From Squalus acanthias (Eukaryota), in NCBI GenBank assembly GCA_030390025.1, contig JASTWF010000334.1, positions 1 through 64,000 on the forward strand: a stretch of DNA of 64,000 nt, written 5' to 3'. The notes below the pieces were generated by a model. That model worked only from the letters and a program-made list of their open reading frames with translations, made no database searches and was not told the origin of the DNA. The translations under genes were made by a program, and so were the position numbers. Shown one piece after another: positions 62,942-64,000 of this stretch (its first letter is position 1; every line of letters starts with the position of its first letter).

Positions 62942-63124
62942 GTAAGTTGATGCTGCAAAGTGTGACAGTGTTTTTATTGGAACTTAAATCCAGACAACTG
63001 GATAGATCGACTGAGATTAATGAGCTTCTAACTGGACTCAGTGTGGTTGAGTTTTAGACTTCGGCAGGGCTCAACTTCTGCATCTTTTGCAGCCACCTTC
63101 CAAGTAAAGCTGTTTAATAGAGGA

Positions 63125-63706
63125 ATGAACACGGGTCACACACTGTCGATAGAGGAATGTACACTGGGTGTAACACTGTCGATAGAGGAACGTACACTGG
63201 GTGTAACATTGTAGATAGAGGATCGTACACTGGGTGTAACACTGTCGATAGAGGAATGTACACTGGGTGTAACGCTCTAGATAGAGGATCGTACACTGGG
63301 TGTAACACTGTCGATAGAGGAACGTACACTGGGTATAACACTGTCGATAGAGGAACGTACTCTGGGTGTAGCATTGCAGATAGAGGAACGTACACTGGGT
63401 GTAGCACTGTAGATAGTGGAATGTACACTGGGTGTAACACTGCAGATAGAGGAACGTACACTGGGTGTAACATTGTAGACAGAGGAACGTACACTGGGTG
63501 TAGCACTGCAGATAGAGGAACGTACACTGGGTGTAACACTGCAGATAGAGGAACGTACACTGGGTGTAACATTGTAGACAGAGGAACGTACACTGGGTGT
63601 AACACTGTCGATAGAGGAACATACACTGGGTGTAACACTGCAGATAGAGGAACGTACACTGGGTGTAACATTGTAGATAGAGGAACGTACTCTGGGTGTA
63701 AAACTG
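63125..63706. repeat. 33-bp intronic minisatellite, ~17 copies (TACACTGGGTGTAACACTGTCGATAGAGGAACG)
   Basis: Directly visible. Confidence 0.97.
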
Positions 63707-64000
63707 CAGTTTCTCCCTCCACTCAATTGACTATCTCTTTGGATTCTGCAGTGTTGAGGCTAAAGTGAGACCAACCTTATAATTGGCCCACATTGAATGA
63801 GCTGTTCCTGACATGGCTGGAGCCGTACTCCCATTGGACAGGATTCCACTCTGTGTTTACACAGCGTTCTCAGAAAATTATTCAACCTTCCTGTATCCGG
63901 CCCTCACTTTACTGATACACCAAACACCCCGCCCCCTTTCCACAGGGGGTTCAATTCCCAGATTTAAAATGATATAATCCGGACACAGAGATTCTAACTC

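Noticed and set aside
62994..63030. Possible terminal lectin exon (..HNWIDRLRLMSF*)
   Set aside because: Weak acceptor, a very short intron, and no WND motif or final cysteines. The real exon is probably beyond 64000.
63071..63768. Cys/Tyr-rich repeat ORFs (QCYTQCTFLYL)n
   Set aside because: A 33-bp intronic minisatellite with no splice or start context and no spacers.

Overview
Eukaryotic, repeat-dense vertebrate DNA, most likely from a cartilaginous fish (shark). This is inferred from SacSINE1/DeuSINE-type SINEs, esterase-ORF1 CR1 LINEs, L2, RTE, Penelope remnants and abundant PIF/Harbinger elements. About 90% of the window is nested transposable-element debris. The one clear host gene, absent from the ORF track because it is spliced, is a secreted QPD-type C-type lectin on the + strand. 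It has a TATA/CCAAT promoter near 50.7 kb, a probable non-coding exon 1, and coding exons at 50901-50955, 51932-52107, 62607-62747 and 62833-62941; the last exon lies beyond the window. The predicted protein has a signal peptide and an acidic pro-segment ending in KR. Other points of interest: (i) a ~285-bp Penelope pLTR-like insertion with an intact minimal hammerhead ribozyme core (4316-4353), plus three short insertions of a second hammerhead-derived family; (ii) a Harbinger family present twice that lost its DDE transposase by the same deletion but kept a spliced ~481-codon Myb/SANT gene; (iii) several-level Harbinger nests and MITEs with readable TIRs/TSDs; (iv) a CR1 whose 5' end is preceded by about 10 near-identical 63-bp CpG-rich monomers and two CRE palindromes; (v) an unclassified old repeat in three fragments, one bracketed by TATA-containing inverted repeats. 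All family assignments come from reading the sequence by eye; no searches were run. TE boundaries without a stated TSD are approximate.
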